A stretch of DNA of 63,230 nucleotides, filler included, from an uncultured Methanosarcinales archaeon (GTDB taxonomy: Archaea; Nanobdellota; Nanobdellia; Woesearchaeales; CAYXTQ01): the NCBI GenBank assembly GCA_964608065.1. It is 22 parts of 22 records of this genome, joined end to end, with 100 filler letters (N's around TTAATTAATTAA, not from the genome) between each part and the next. Parts side by side here need not be neighbours in the genome. Positions count along the whole stretch, not along the records: positions 1 to 3,604 come from CAZSMA010000104.1; positions 3,705 to 7,280 come from CAZSMA010000105.1; positions 7,381 to 10,856 come from CAZSMA010000106.1; 19 more parts are not named here. One strand, 5' to 3'. Positions 1 to 9,767 of this stretch are shown piece after piece (position 1 is the stretch's first letter; every line of letters starts with the position of its first letter). Under the pieces are notes generated by a model. The model was not told where the DNA came from. It was given only the letters and a program-made list of their open reading frames with translations, and did not search any database. Position numbers and translations under genes: made by a program.

Positions 1-250
1 TATCATCATAATTAAAGATTTTGTCAATATTAGGATTATCCTTAAGAACATCTTTACTCCAATCTCCAACAAAATAAGTTATTTCTGCATTTTGATAATG
101 TTTTCTTATTGCTTTGATTAAAGGAGTGCTCATCAGAACATCTCCTATTCCTCCTGATCTTACTATTAATATTTTTTTTATGTCTTTAGGAACCTTCTTA
201 GACTTTAAACTAAACAAAACACCACCTAAAAAACAAATTAACTTTCTCAT
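1..250 (-). CDS. GT9 (heptosyltransferase-like) glycosyltransferase, 3' truncated at window start
   Basis: Manual translation MRKLICFL...KKILIVRSGGIGDVLMSTPLIKAIRKHY..AEITY...LKDNPNIDKIF is a GT9 N-terminus; ATGA overlap with the upstream gene. Confidence 0.85.
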   Translation of the reverse strand, partial: MRKLICFLGGVLFSLKSKKVPKDIKKILIVRSGGIGDVLMSTPLIKAIRKHYQNAEITYFVGDWSKDVLKDNPNIDKIFNYDD

Positions 251-957
251 ATTCCACCAAACAAATAAAGCATTTTTAATTTTAATATAACCCAATAACC
301 TTTAGCTAACTGCTTTATTCCTAATTTTGATTTTCCTTTTCTCCTGTCTACAAACTCAATTGGAATCTCTTTTATTTTAAAACCTTTTAATTTAGACTTG
401 AATAAGACTTCCTGTACAATATCAGGCCCTTTTGCATTAATTTTATCAGGATTAATAGATTTAATCACATTGCTTCTAAAACATCTGTAGCCTGAATTGC
501 AATCTCTGACCTTTAGTCCTAACATTATTCTAATATAAAAATTAGCTAATCTTGTAATTAATTTTCTTATTGCACTTCTTCCAATATCCTTTCCACCTTT
601 TACTAATCTACTTCCTAAAACAACATCATTGTTTTTCATCTCTTTTAACATAAATGGAATATATTTAGGATCATGACTAAAATCAGCATCCATCTCTATA
701 ATATAGTCAGCTTTGTTGTTTAGAGCAAACTTAAAACCTTCTTTTCCAGCATAACCTCTTCCTCTGTTTGTTTTCCTTAAGATTAAATGAACTCTTTTAT
801 CTTTTAAATTCTTTACAATCTCCCAAGTTCCATCAGGACTGTTATCATCTATAACTACAATTTCTAAGTTTTTGATATTTAAATTAAAAATAGCTTTAAT
901 CAAAGCTTTAATATTCTCTTTTTCATTATAAGTTGGAATTAAAACAATAGTTTTCAT
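247..957 (-). CDS. GT2 polyprenol-phosphate mannose synthase (DPM1-like)
   Basis: IPTYNE, IDDNSPDGT, MDADFSHDP, GSR, DCNSGYR motifs. Confidence 0.9.
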   Translation of the reverse strand: MKTIVLIPTYNEKENIKALIKAIFNLNIKNLEIVVIDDNSPDGTWEIVKNLKDKRVHLILRKTNRGRGYAGKEGFKFALNNKADYIIEMDADFSHDPKYIPFMLKEMKNNDVVLGSRLVKGGKDIGRSAIRKLITRLANFYIRIMLGLKVRDCNSGYRCFRSNVIKSINPDKINAKGPDIVQEVLFKSKLKGFKIKEIPIEFVDRRKGKSKLGIKQLAKGYWVILKLKMLYLFGGI

Positions 958-1949
958 TCTAGCACTTCTTTAACACCCTTTACAATATCATCAACCTTAA
1001 TCATATCTACGCAATTCATCTTTTTATCACATTCTTTTCTATAGCAGCAGACACAATCTATTTTTGAAACAATCTTCTTTCCTCTACCATATAAATCAAT
1101 CTCTGCAGCAGATGTCACAGTAAAAAATACAACTACTTTCCTTTTCAAAGCTATTGCAATATTCAAAGCAAGACTATCGCTTGTTATAACAACACTGCAA
1201 AGGCCAATCAAAGCAGCAAACTCTAACAAAGAATTATCACAGCCAGCATCTATTATTTCAAAACTAACACCATTTTTTATTTTCTTGTTTCTTTCAATTT
1301 CTTCTTTTCCGCCAAATAAAATGATCTTTGCTTTAAACTCTTTATTTAATCTATTAGCAAGTATGATTGTCTTCTTTATATCTAATCTCTTAAACTTCCA
1401 CCTTTTTCCAGCACTTGTATTCAATCCAATAACCAAATCACCTTTGGAAATATTGTTTTCCATTGCAAACTTTTCTGAAATTTTCTTTTTTTTTTTTGTT
1501 AAATTAAGTATAGGCTCACTAATATCAATATCCAGCATCTCTCCTAATAGCTGTTGATATGTTTTTTTATTCTCTACTTTAAGCTCATCAGCTCTTTCCT
1601 TACCAAACCTTGAAACAAGGCTCATATCAAACCATTCACTTGGTGTATAGCTTATTTTTTTATTATCTGAATAAACTCCAATTACATCTTTATATTCTAG
1701 TTTTGAAACAAACTCACAGCCTTCTTCATTATCTTCCAGACTAATAACCAAATCAATTTCCTCTTTTATTTCATCTTTATTAAAAACAAATATTTTATCT
1801 ATTAATTTGTTGTTTTTCAGAACATCAACTGCATCTTCCTTTGTAACCCAATATATGCTTGCATTATACTTTTCCTTCAAACCCTTGAGAATAGACGTAG
1901 TTCTAATAACATCACCTATAGCCCCCAACTTCACTATTAATAGCTTCAT
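954..1949 (-). CDS. GT9 (heptosyltransferase-like) glycosyltransferase
   Basis: LIVKLGAIGDVIRT, LLEFAALIGLCSVVITSDS, C-terminal CxxC..C..C. Confidence 0.85.
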   Translation of the reverse strand: MKLLIVKLGAIGDVIRTTSILKGLKEKYNASIYWVTKEDAVDVLKNNKLIDKIFVFNKDEIKEEIDLVISLEDNEEGCEFVSKLEYKDVIGVYSDNKKISYTPSEWFDMSLVSRFGKERADELKVENKKTYQQLLGEMLDIDISEPILNLTKKKKKISEKFAMENNISKGDLVIGLNTSAGKRWKFKRLDIKKTIILANRLNKEFKAKIILFGGKEEIERNKKIKNGVSFEIIDAGCDNSLLEFAALIGLCSVVITSDSLALNIAIALKRKVVVFFTVTSAAEIDLYGRGKKIVSKIDCVCCYRKECDKKMNCVDMIKVDDIVKGVKEVLE

Positions 1950-2033
1950 TATCGTTTAGAATTAGCATTATCAGTTATAAAAGTTTCGGATTTAAAGAAA
2001 ACCTTTAAATACATTTAATCTATTGCTTAAATT

Positions 2034-3599
2034 ATGAAATTAAAAAAAATAGAACCCTTCATTGTTATAGCATTATTCTTATTTACAGTATTCTTATGGT
2101 CTTTACCTTATCAAAACAATAGAATGCCATATGGAGAAGTAGATGCAGGCTCACATTTTACAGTTGGAGATTATATTGCAGGAACAGACAAATCCATAGT
2201 AACATTACCTTACTTTATTGACAAAAGGTATGGAGAAGATAACCAGTTTAAAGCGCACACCTGGTGGTATGCTCCACCTTATCATGTGAACTTTGCAATA
2301 ATGCAGATTATTGCAGGAGAAAGAGTCTTACCAATATTTCTTTTTAACACAATCTTATGCTCAATCATTGTTTTAATAACATATTTTGTCATGAGAAAAC
2401 TATTTGGCTTTTGGCCAGCTTTATTATCAAGTTTTTTGCTTATTTTTTCCTTAAGAGACATAATGGTCTATTTATTTGGACAATGGCCACAGCAGATAGC
2501 ATTCTTCTATACACCTTTAATCTTATACACTTTCTATAAATACACAAAATCCTTTATAGAGAAAAAAGAAAAAAACACTTATCTTTACATAATGGCTTTA
2601 TTGCTAGCAATAAACTTCTTTTTCCATCCAATGGCTTTTTTCCATACAGCATTAGCTTTAGTTATATTCACAATCTTATTATCAATTAAAGAAAGAAAAC
2701 TGATATTTAATATAAAAAAAATACCTATAGCTATACTTATATTTATATTATTTATAGCCATTTTCCCTTACCAAACAGGAAATGTTTTTGTAAAAGCAAC
2801 TGGTGATACATCCCCTAGTAACCCCTATAAAGGAGATTTCCCAGCTTTATTCAGTTGGTTTGGAATGGAAGAATACTATGGCCCAAGGCTTCCATCTCAA
2901 TACTTCTCATACTCTGAAATGAATAAAATATGGACTTTACCTCTTTTATTGTTAGGACTGTTGTTTATATTAATAAGAAGAAAAAGAAAAGATTTGCTTT
3001 TGTTAAGCTATTTAATAGGAACATATCTGATGATTCACTTGATATTCTTTGGTTTTGGCCGTCCTGAACGTAGTTTAGCTGCTAGTGCTCATATCTTTTA
3101 TCCATTAATAGCTTTAGGATTATTAGCTATTCCTAATTTTCTTTCAATAATAAAAATACCTAAAAACATAAGAAATAAAATAAAATATGTTTTAATAGCT
3201 TTATTCTTTGTTTTTGTACTTCTTTATAATTTTAATCCTGTATATGATCAGTTAAAAGAAGCATATTCAGGAATTTCAAGAGTAACTCCTGTTCAATATG
3301 AAGCTGCAGTCTGGATTAAAGATAATTTACCTGATGAAGCTAATGTTTTAACATTAGGTCCTTTAATGACTCAAAAAATAAGATGGATGAGATATATAAG
3401 CTGGCATTATATGTATGATGAAGGAGAAGTTATTCCTACACATATAGTTCTTGATTACTCTGATTTAATATTATTACAGAATGATCCAGGATTTAGGCAA
3501 AGATTAGAGCAATTAAACCAATATGAACAGGAAAACTTACAGGATAAAGTTCCTGTCTACAATAAAAACAACATAAAGGTGTATAAACTTGAAGAATAA
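2034..3599 (+). CDS. Polytopic membrane protein, probable GT-C fold glycosyltransferase
   Basis: Many hydrophobic helices, acidic first loop (GEVD), YAPPYH, C-terminal AAVWIKDNLP domain; glycosylation gene context. Confidence 0.6.
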   Translation: MKLKKIEPFIVIALFLFTVFLWSLPYQNNRMPYGEVDAGSHFTVGDYIAGTDKSIVTLPYFIDKRYGEDNQFKAHTWWYAPPYHVNFAIMQIIAGERVLPIFLFNTILCSIIVLITYFVMRKLFGFWPALLSSFLLIFSLRDIMVYLFGQWPQQIAFFYTPLILYTFYKYTKSFIEKKEKNTYLYIMALLLAINFFFHPMAFFHTALALVIFTILLSIKERKLIFNIKKIPIAILIFILFIAIFPYQTGNVFVKATGDTSPSNPYKGDFPALFSWFGMEEYYGPRLPSQYFSYSEMNKIWTLPLLLLGLLFILIRRKRKDLLLLSYLIGTYLMIHLIFFGFGRPERSLAASAHIFYPLIALGLLAIPNFLSIIKIPKNIRNKIKYVLIALFFVFVLLYNFNPVYDQLKEAYSGISRVTPVQYEAAVWIKDNLPDEANVLTLGPLMTQKIRWMRYISWHYMYDEGEVIPTHIVLDYSDLILLQNDPGFRQRLEQLNQYEQENLQDKVPVYNKNNIKVYKLEE

Positions 3600-3604
3600 A
3601 ATTA

Positions 3605-3704
3605 NNNNNNNNNNNNNNNNNNNNNNNNNNNNNNNNNNNNNNNNNNNNTTAATTAATTAANNNNNNNNNNNNNNNNNNNNNNNNNNNNNNNNNNNNNNNN
3701 NNNN
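3605..3704. other. Artificial contig linker (N44-TTAATTAATTAA-N44); 21 of these occur in the window
   Basis: Identical 100-nt spacer with stops in all six frames; contigs decrease steadily in size. Confidence 0.99.
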
Positions 3705-3780
3705 TTTTTTTCGTCTATAAATCACCATTCAAACCATTACTCAATATTGATTATTAATTTTTTCTATTTTTTTTTTTTTT

Positions 3781-6336
3781 TTAAACTGTCCAATCAACTT
3801 CAGTACAATTAACATTAATCCAATAACCTCTATTTGGTGAAATCTCAAATAAATTATTAAATGGATATACCAAAGAAACAAACATCTTCCACAATCCATC
3901 ATAAGTGTAAATACTTTTATAGCAACCTTCAATAGAGCTTAATGCTGATGTCATATTTTTAGTAGTATAGAAAGGACTACTTACTAAATTCCATCCTTGA
4001 GTTAATGTTACAGTCATATTATATGCAGTGCATACATCACCTATTCCATCTGAATTACCATCTGCCTGGTCATTATTAGGAATTCCAGGACAATTATCAC
4101 AAACATCCCCTATACTATCGCCATCACCATCAGCCTGGTCAGCATTAGCATCATCTGGACAGTTGTCATTATCATTTAATATTCCATCGCCGTCTGTATC
4201 ATCATAGCTGTTGTTTGGGTCTCTTTCACCTTCATCTACAACACCATTACCATTGACATCCTCATCACCATCTAACAAACCATCATCATCAGAATCATCA
4301 TCTAATGGATCTGTTGTAGTTGCACCTGCGTCTTGGTCACCTACAAAACTTATATCAGTTCCTGAATAAGCAATGCTTAATCCATCACTCACACCACTAG
4401 CAATTGGTGTTGACACACCTATCTCCAAACCATCATTTAACCCATCGCCATCAGTATCGAACTCAACAGGATCTAATAAATAAGCTAATTCATCACCATC
4501 ACTAATACCATCATCATCAGTATCAGCATCTACTGGATTTGTTTCACCAGCATCCACAACACCATCTTCATCTAAATCTTCTCCACTAACACAAACACCC
4601 CCTCCTGTTGAAGCACCATCACACAAACCATCATCATCAGAATCTGTATCTAACGGATCTGTTATAGTTGAACCACCATCTCCGTCAGGTACAAAGATGC
4701 CTCCATCTGTTCCTACATATACAACACCGTTCCCATCACTTGTGCCACCCGGAATTAATGTATTCCTACCAATTTCTAAACCATCTTGTAACCCATCACT
4801 ATCTGTATCACTCTCAAGAGGATCTAATGTAAAAGTTGGTTCTTCACCATCACTAATACCATCATCATCAGTATCAGCATCCAATGGATCAGTCTCACCT
4901 GCATCTATAATCCCGTCACCATCTAAATCTTCTCCAACAACACAAGCACCTCCACCATCTGAAGGACCATCACACAATCCATCATTGTCAGAATCAGGAT
5001 CTAAATCGTCTGGATCTACAGCCTCATCTAATCCATCTCCATCTGTATCTAAAGTCCAACCCTGCTGGTTCTCGAATGGATAATTATCCTGTCCTCCTGT
5101 AAAGACATAAGGCTCACTACCATCAGAAGGATCTCCTGTACATGTATGACTATTCCAATAATTTCCCCCCATAGGCAGACCAATATCAAATAAATTATCA
5201 GTTCCGCCACTTACATATGCTTGTGGATTTGGACCAATAAAATTATTATGATATGCTTTATTGAATGAAGAATCAATTGAATAGAAATCCCTAGCGCTTG
5301 AATGAGTTACTGATACTGAATTATATGAGAATGTATTGTTACTTGAGTTTGTCTGAAGCCAAATGCCATGAGGAATTCTCCAAGAGCCAATGCAATAATA
5401 GGCATTGTTTGTACTGATTGTATTGTTTGTAACATTATTCCTGCTTGAATTCAAAGAAAATTGTATTCCACCTCCATAAGTCATAGCTATTGTGTTATTC
5501 ACGATAATATTATCTAAACTTACACTAAACTTAATAGCCCAACTACAAAGACCACCATAGCCTTTAGCTATAATTTTATTTTTAGTTAAAATATTATTGT
5601 TTGAGCTTCCTAGGCAAATACCATCATCAAAATAACTGTACCCTGCAGAACTTAAAATAATTGAATTGTTTTCAATGTTGTTATTGTCTGCTGTACTAAG
5701 CTCGATGCTGCAGTGTCTGCCATTTGTCCTAGTAATAATATTATTTATAATATTGTTGTTAGAACCATTCAATAAAAAAATACCCCTCATATAATTACTG
5801 TAGCCTCCACTTGTTGTAGTGATTGTGTTATTTGTAACATTGTTATTAGAGCCTGAGTAAACTACAATCCCAGAACCACCATTTGTACCGCTTGCAGTTA
5901 CTGTATTATATGTAATTCTATTGCTTGAGCCCACATCTAAATGGATTCCATATCCATAGTTGCCTTTTGTAGAAATGGTATTATTCATAATATTATTGTA
6001 TGAACTTGAATCAACGTAAATTGCATGTGCACTTGAGCTACTAGAAACCTGAGTAACAATACAGTTTTTAATTGTTGCATATGAACCAGTAACATAAACA
6101 CCATAACCTGTAGATGATTGTGAATAATTTATTAAATAACCTTCACAATCAAGAATGATATTGTCAGCATCAATTGTAATACAAGTCCCACTTGCACTAA
6201 TATCATTACTTAAAACATATGTTTCTCCAGCTGTATTTAATGTATCACAACTTGTAACAGGAGTGAGTGCACTTACACCTACACTTAAAGAAATCACAAT
6301 TACAAAACTTGCTAATAAAAATAATATTTTCCTCAC
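3781..6336 (-). CDS. Secreted surface protein: NosD/PbH1 beta-helix, Ca-binding DxDxDG/thrombospondin type 3 repeats, C-terminal GWNLVS..GYWI domain
   Basis: Signal peptide; NNxIxNN beta-helix repeats; many DTDDDG/DSDxDG repeats; DNCP..N.DQ.D.DGDG.GDVC. Confidence 0.85.
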   Translation of the reverse strand: MRKILFLLASFVIVISLSVGVSALTPVTSCDTLNTAGETYVLSNDISASGTCITIDADNIILDCEGYLINYSQSSTGYGVYVTGSYATIKNCIVTQVSSSSSAHAIYVDSSSYNNIMNNTISTKGNYGYGIHLDVGSSNRITYNTVTASGTNGGSGIVVYSGSNNNVTNNTITTTSGGYSNYMRGIFLLNGSNNNIINNIITRTNGRHCSIELSTADNNNIENNSIILSSAGYSYFDDGICLGSSNNNILTKNKIIAKGYGGLCSWAIKFSVSLDNIIVNNTIAMTYGGGIQFSLNSSRNNVTNNTISTNNAYYCIGSWRIPHGIWLQTNSSNNTFSYNSVSVTHSSARDFYSIDSSFNKAYHNNFIGPNPQAYVSGGTDNLFDIGLPMGGNYWNSHTCTGDPSDGSEPYVFTGGQDNYPFENQQGWTLDTDGDGLDEAVDPDDLDPDSDNDGLCDGPSDGGGACVVGEDLDGDGIIDAGETDPLDADTDDDGISDGEEPTFTLDPLESDTDSDGLQDGLEIGRNTLIPGGTSDGNGVVYVGTDGGIFVPDGDGGSTITDPLDTDSDDDGLCDGASTGGGVCVSGEDLDEDGVVDAGETNPVDADTDDDGISDGDELAYLLDPVEFDTDGDGLNDGLEIGVSTPIASGVSDGLSIAYSGTDISFVGDQDAGATTTDPLDDDSDDDGLLDGDEDVNGNGVVDEGERDPNNSYDDTDGDGILNDNDNCPDDANADQADGDGDSIGDVCDNCPGIPNNDQADGNSDGIGDVCTAYNMTVTLTQGWNLVSSPFYTTKNMTSALSSIEGCYKSIYTYDGLWKMFVSLVYPFNNLFEISPNRGYWINVNCTEVDWTV

Positions 6337-6422
6337 TTAAACCCCCCAACTATTTACTCTAAAAAAAATCAGTATACTATTTAATATTTTCTATTCTCTA
6401 ATAGTAATTTTAAAGAAGTTTT

Positions 6423-7280
6423 TTATTTTTCTGTTTTTATTGAATAACCATAACCATCTGTAGTAATTTCTATGTTTCCATCTGTATATGTTAGGTAAAT
6501 AGTTGCTCCTATATCAATTAATCTTACTAATGTTTCACCATGTGGATGGCCATAGCTATTTTTCCCTACTTCAATAACTGCAATATCTGGAGTAACTTCA
6601 TCAAGAAATAATTCACTAGTAGCATATTTACTACCATGATGAGCAACTTTTAATATGTCTGAGTCAATATTGATACCAGAATCAAAAATACTCTGCTCAC
6701 AATCACTTCCACAGTCTCCTGTAAATAGGAATGAAATATCATTGTAAGTTAATTTTATTATAATTGAGTTTTCATTATAATCACCAGGAGAAACTAATCC
6801 AGCTGGTGGAGATATAACATTAATCTCTAAATTATCATCTAATGTAATATTAAATCCTCTGGAAACTACTGAGTAATTTTTATTTTCTGCTAATTCAAAA
6901 TATTGTTGATATGTTAAAGTTGTATAATTTTCTCCATTATCATAAACCTGATAAACAGGAATATTTTCTAAAATATAAATTAAACCTCCAATATGATCTG
7001 CATGAGGGTGTGAAGCAATCATAACATCAACATAATTATAACCAAGGTTTGTCATATAATCAAAAACATCCTCTCCTTTACTTTTTGAACCAGCATCTAT
7101 TAAGATTGTCTTGTTATTTGTAGTTACAATCAACATAGAATCTCCTTGACTAACATTAATAAAATGAACTGTTAATCTTTCTTCTATAAAAGGTACATAT
7201 CTATTATTAAATACCCATGTTGTATCATTCTTAACCTTAACCCAGTATCCATAACCTGGTTTTATTGTTCTTAAAGTATT
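6423..7280 (-). CDS. ComEC/Rec2-like metallo-beta-lactamase-fold protein, 5' partial
   Basis: VHFINVSQGDS, SHPHADHIGG, NENS, FTGD, KVAHHGS, YGHPH; frame stays open to the contig end. Confidence 0.9.
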   Translation of the reverse strand, partial: NTLRTIKPGYGYWVKVKNDTTWVFNNRYVPFIEERLTVHFINVSQGDSMLIVTTNNKTILIDAGSKSKGEDVFDYMTNLGYNYVDVMIASHPHADHIGGLIYILENIPVYQVYDNGENYTTLTYQQYFELAENKNYSVVSRGFNITLDDNLEINVISPPAGLVSPGDYNENSIIIKLTYNDISFLFTGDCGSDCEQSIFDSGINIDSDILKVAHHGSKYATSELFLDEVTPDIAVIEVGKNSYGHPHGETLVRLIDIGATIYLTYTDGNIEITTDGYGYSIKTEK

Positions 7281-7394
7281 NNNNNNNNNNNNNNNNNNNN
7301 NNNNNNNNNNNNNNNNNNNNNNNNTTAATTAATTAANNNNNNNNNNNNNNNNNNNNNNNNNNNNNNNNNNNNNNNNNNNNAGAATACTCCAAAA

Positions 7395-7410
7395 CCGAAA
7401 CATTTATATA
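7395..7410 (+). promoter_or_regulatory. Archaeal BRE-TATA promoter
   Basis: CCGAAA-CA-TTTATATA; no long ORF follows on this strand. Confidence 0.6.
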
Positions 7411-7450
7411 TAAGTTTAGTTACTCTCTAGTGATATAAGGAAAATATGAT

Positions 7451-7902
7451 AGGGGGTGGTATCTACTCTCTACATTTATACAACGGAATACCACCAATCT
7501 TGGATTGGTGGTATGAGTAGTGCTCGAAAACCACCCATCATTGGTGGAATTCCGAGCATCAAAAACCAATTATTAATAATGCTGATAAAATCATGCCACC
7601 TATCTCTGATGAGTGGTTTTTGACATTCATAATCTATCACCTCTTTTTCCCATGCAGGCACCCTTTCGAGGGTGTTTGCACGGGTTTAATATGTCGGAAA
7701 TATACTACTAGTTTCTAACCAGTGGATGAAACCCACTATCCTAAACCTATTGTGCTATATTTCCGAGTGTTCAAAATCCATTTGGGATTTTTAACAAACC
7801 AAAAATTCACTTTGTGAATTTTTCAGTTCATGCTCAAAAACCATCCAATATCATTATATATGTGAAAACATGCTACTTATCTCTAATATATGGTTTTTGA
7901 CA
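7451..7902 (+). ncRNA. Candidate structured ncRNA or palindromic-repeat array
   Basis: At least 8 stems, including one with a TTCG loop and G-T wobbles that pair only on the + strand. Confidence 0.5.
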
Positions 7903-7928
7903 ATTCTAAGAAAGAAAGAAAAACTTAA

Positions 7929-8867
7929 TCAAGGAATAGTTCTATACTTTGTATTAATCAGACCCCATTCTAGAAACAACAATGCCAAAGCTATTAACAT
8001 AAATGGAACAGACAGGTTAACTGGTAGATCGGCTTCTTTTGAACTTGCCATCGTCTTATAAATTCCTTCTAGTTCTTCTTTATTTTCTGCTCTGAAATAA
8101 GTTCCACCAGTAGATTCAGCAATCTTCATCAGCATAGGCTCATCTAAAGTAGACAAAACCTCTATCCCAGGAAGCATACCTCCTGCACTGGTTCCAACAC
8201 CTATTGTATTAACAGTTATATGATTATCTTTCAAATGATCAATAACCTTATCCAGTTCTTCTTCAGTTGCAATGTTCTCTCTCCCATCTGTCAATAAAAT
8301 AACTAATTTTGCTTTTTCCTCAGTTATCAAGAGATTAGAAGAAGCAACTAAAGCATCTCCAATAGCAGTACCATGTATAGTCTTGATTTGTATACTTCTT
8401 ATAGTTTCTTTAGTAGCAACATAATCTTCTATCAGATTTTGTTCTACTGACCCAATACCTGCAAAACTGACTACACCAATTTTTGCCCTTGCTTTCAGAT
8501 TATCAACAAACAACACAGCAGCATCCTTTGCAGCTTCTATCCTGTTTGGATCAATATCATCAGCCAACATACTTCCAGATGCATCAATTGTCAGGACATA
8601 ATTATAGTCAGAGCTCTGCCCTTTATACCATAAAATACTTCCAGAAGCAGATAGTATCAGAAATAATAAAGTGAACATCCTGATCAGAAGCAGAGTCATG
8701 TTCTTTGATAAAGCCTGCCCCCCAGTTACCCTTGAAATAGCTTCAAAATTAGCAAATCTCATTGCCCTTCTTTTAACATACTTTAAAGTAAAAAAATGAG
8801 TTAAAACAAGAAAAGGAATACTAACTAAAAACCAAAGATATATTGGATTAGTAAAAGTTATCTCCAT
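7929..8867 (-). CDS. BatA-like VWA domain membrane protein
   Basis: FTNPIYLW BatA N-terminus; MIDAS DASGSM, GTAIGDAL, LLTDG; C-terminal TM helix. Confidence 0.9.
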   Translation of the reverse strand: MEITFTNPIYLWFLVSIPFLVLTHFFTLKYVKRRAMRFANFEAISRVTGGQALSKNMTLLLIRMFTLLFLILSASGSILWYKGQSSDYNYVLTIDASGSMLADDIDPNRIEAAKDAAVLFVDNLKARAKIGVVSFAGIGSVEQNLIEDYVATKETIRSIQIKTIHGTAIGDALVASSNLLITEEKAKLVILLTDGRENIATEEELDKVIDHLKDNHITVNTIGVGTSAGGMLPGIEVLSTLDEPMLMKIAESTGGTYFRAENKEELEGIYKTMASSKEADLPVNLSVPFMLIALALLFLEWGLINTKYRTIP

Positions 8868-9745
8868 CCTTTTTTCCTCTTTTCAAAAAATTTTATGATA
8901 GGCATCACAAAAGTCAGATCAGTTCTTAACTCTAACAAATCTGAACCAGTCTTCTTGAAAACACTATCTATTTTATTTATTTTCTCTTTTGCTTTTGCCT
9001 CATAATCATCCCTTAAAGTATCAGGATCCAGCAATAATTCTTTATTTGAATAAGGATCTTCTATAATAACTTGTCCAACATTATGGGGTAATGTAAGATC
9101 CAAAGGGTCCTCTATCATTAAGCCAATAATCTCAAATTTACCTGAAGCAACCTTTAACATTTCCTCCCACCCTTCATTCAACCCTATAAAATCAGATACT
9201 ATCACAAGCAATGTATTCCTCTTTAGATACCCCATAATATACCCCATAACTTTAACAAAATCAAAATTTCCTCCATAAAGTTTAGGATCACTAACAATCC
9301 CAACTATGGAAAAATATTGCCTTTTTCCTGTTTTTGGAGGCAACATCTTAATAATATGATCATTAAAAACACCTATTCCAACATTATCTCCTGCTTGAAT
9401 CATTGCACTACTCAACGTAGCAACTAACTCAGCAGCATATTCGCATTTTAATTTAGGAATAGATGAAAAAAGCATACTATTGCTGACATCCATTAAAAAA
9501 AAAACCTCTAAATTTCTTTCCTCAGTTAAAGACCTGATTAACAACTGCTTTGCTCTTAATGACGCTTTCCAGTCAATTGTATCAGCATCATCATTCATAG
9601 TATAAGCCCTATACCCTTCAAATTCCAACCCATGCCCTTTAAATACACTGACATACTCTCCTGTAAACTGTCCAAAAACATTTTTTCTTGAAAATACCTC
9701 TAATCTTTTTATAAGCGGCTTTAAATTCAGCTTTAACTCTTTCAT
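8858..9745 (-). CDS. DUF58 domain protein
   Basis: GLEFEGYRAY..DD...IDWKAS; DVSNSM; VSDF; lies in a MoxR operon. Confidence 0.9.
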   Translation of the reverse strand: MKELKLNLKPLIKRLEVFSRKNVFGQFTGEYVSVFKGHGLEFEGYRAYTMNDDADTIDWKASLRAKQLLIRSLTEERNLEVFFLMDVSNSMLFSSIPKLKCEYAAELVATLSSAMIQAGDNVGIGVFNDHIIKMLPPKTGKRQYFSIVGIVSDPKLYGGNFDFVKVMGYIMGYLKRNTLLVIVSDFIGLNEGWEEMLKVASGKFEIIGLMIEDPLDLTLPHNVGQVIIEDPYSNKELLLDPDTLRDDYEAKAKEKINKIDSVFKKTGSDLLELRTDLTFVMPIIKFFEKRKKGWR

Positions 9746-9767
9746 CTTTTTTTTTTTTTATTATAAT

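Noticed and set aside
4697..5083. Ser/Pro-rich + strand ORF, and the other short antisense ORFs in the track
   Set aside because: Shadow frames of well-supported genes on the opposite strand or in another frame
7476..7661. 61-aa minus-strand ORF over the structured region
   Set aside because: GTG start, no recognisable motif; the sequence is better explained by the stems
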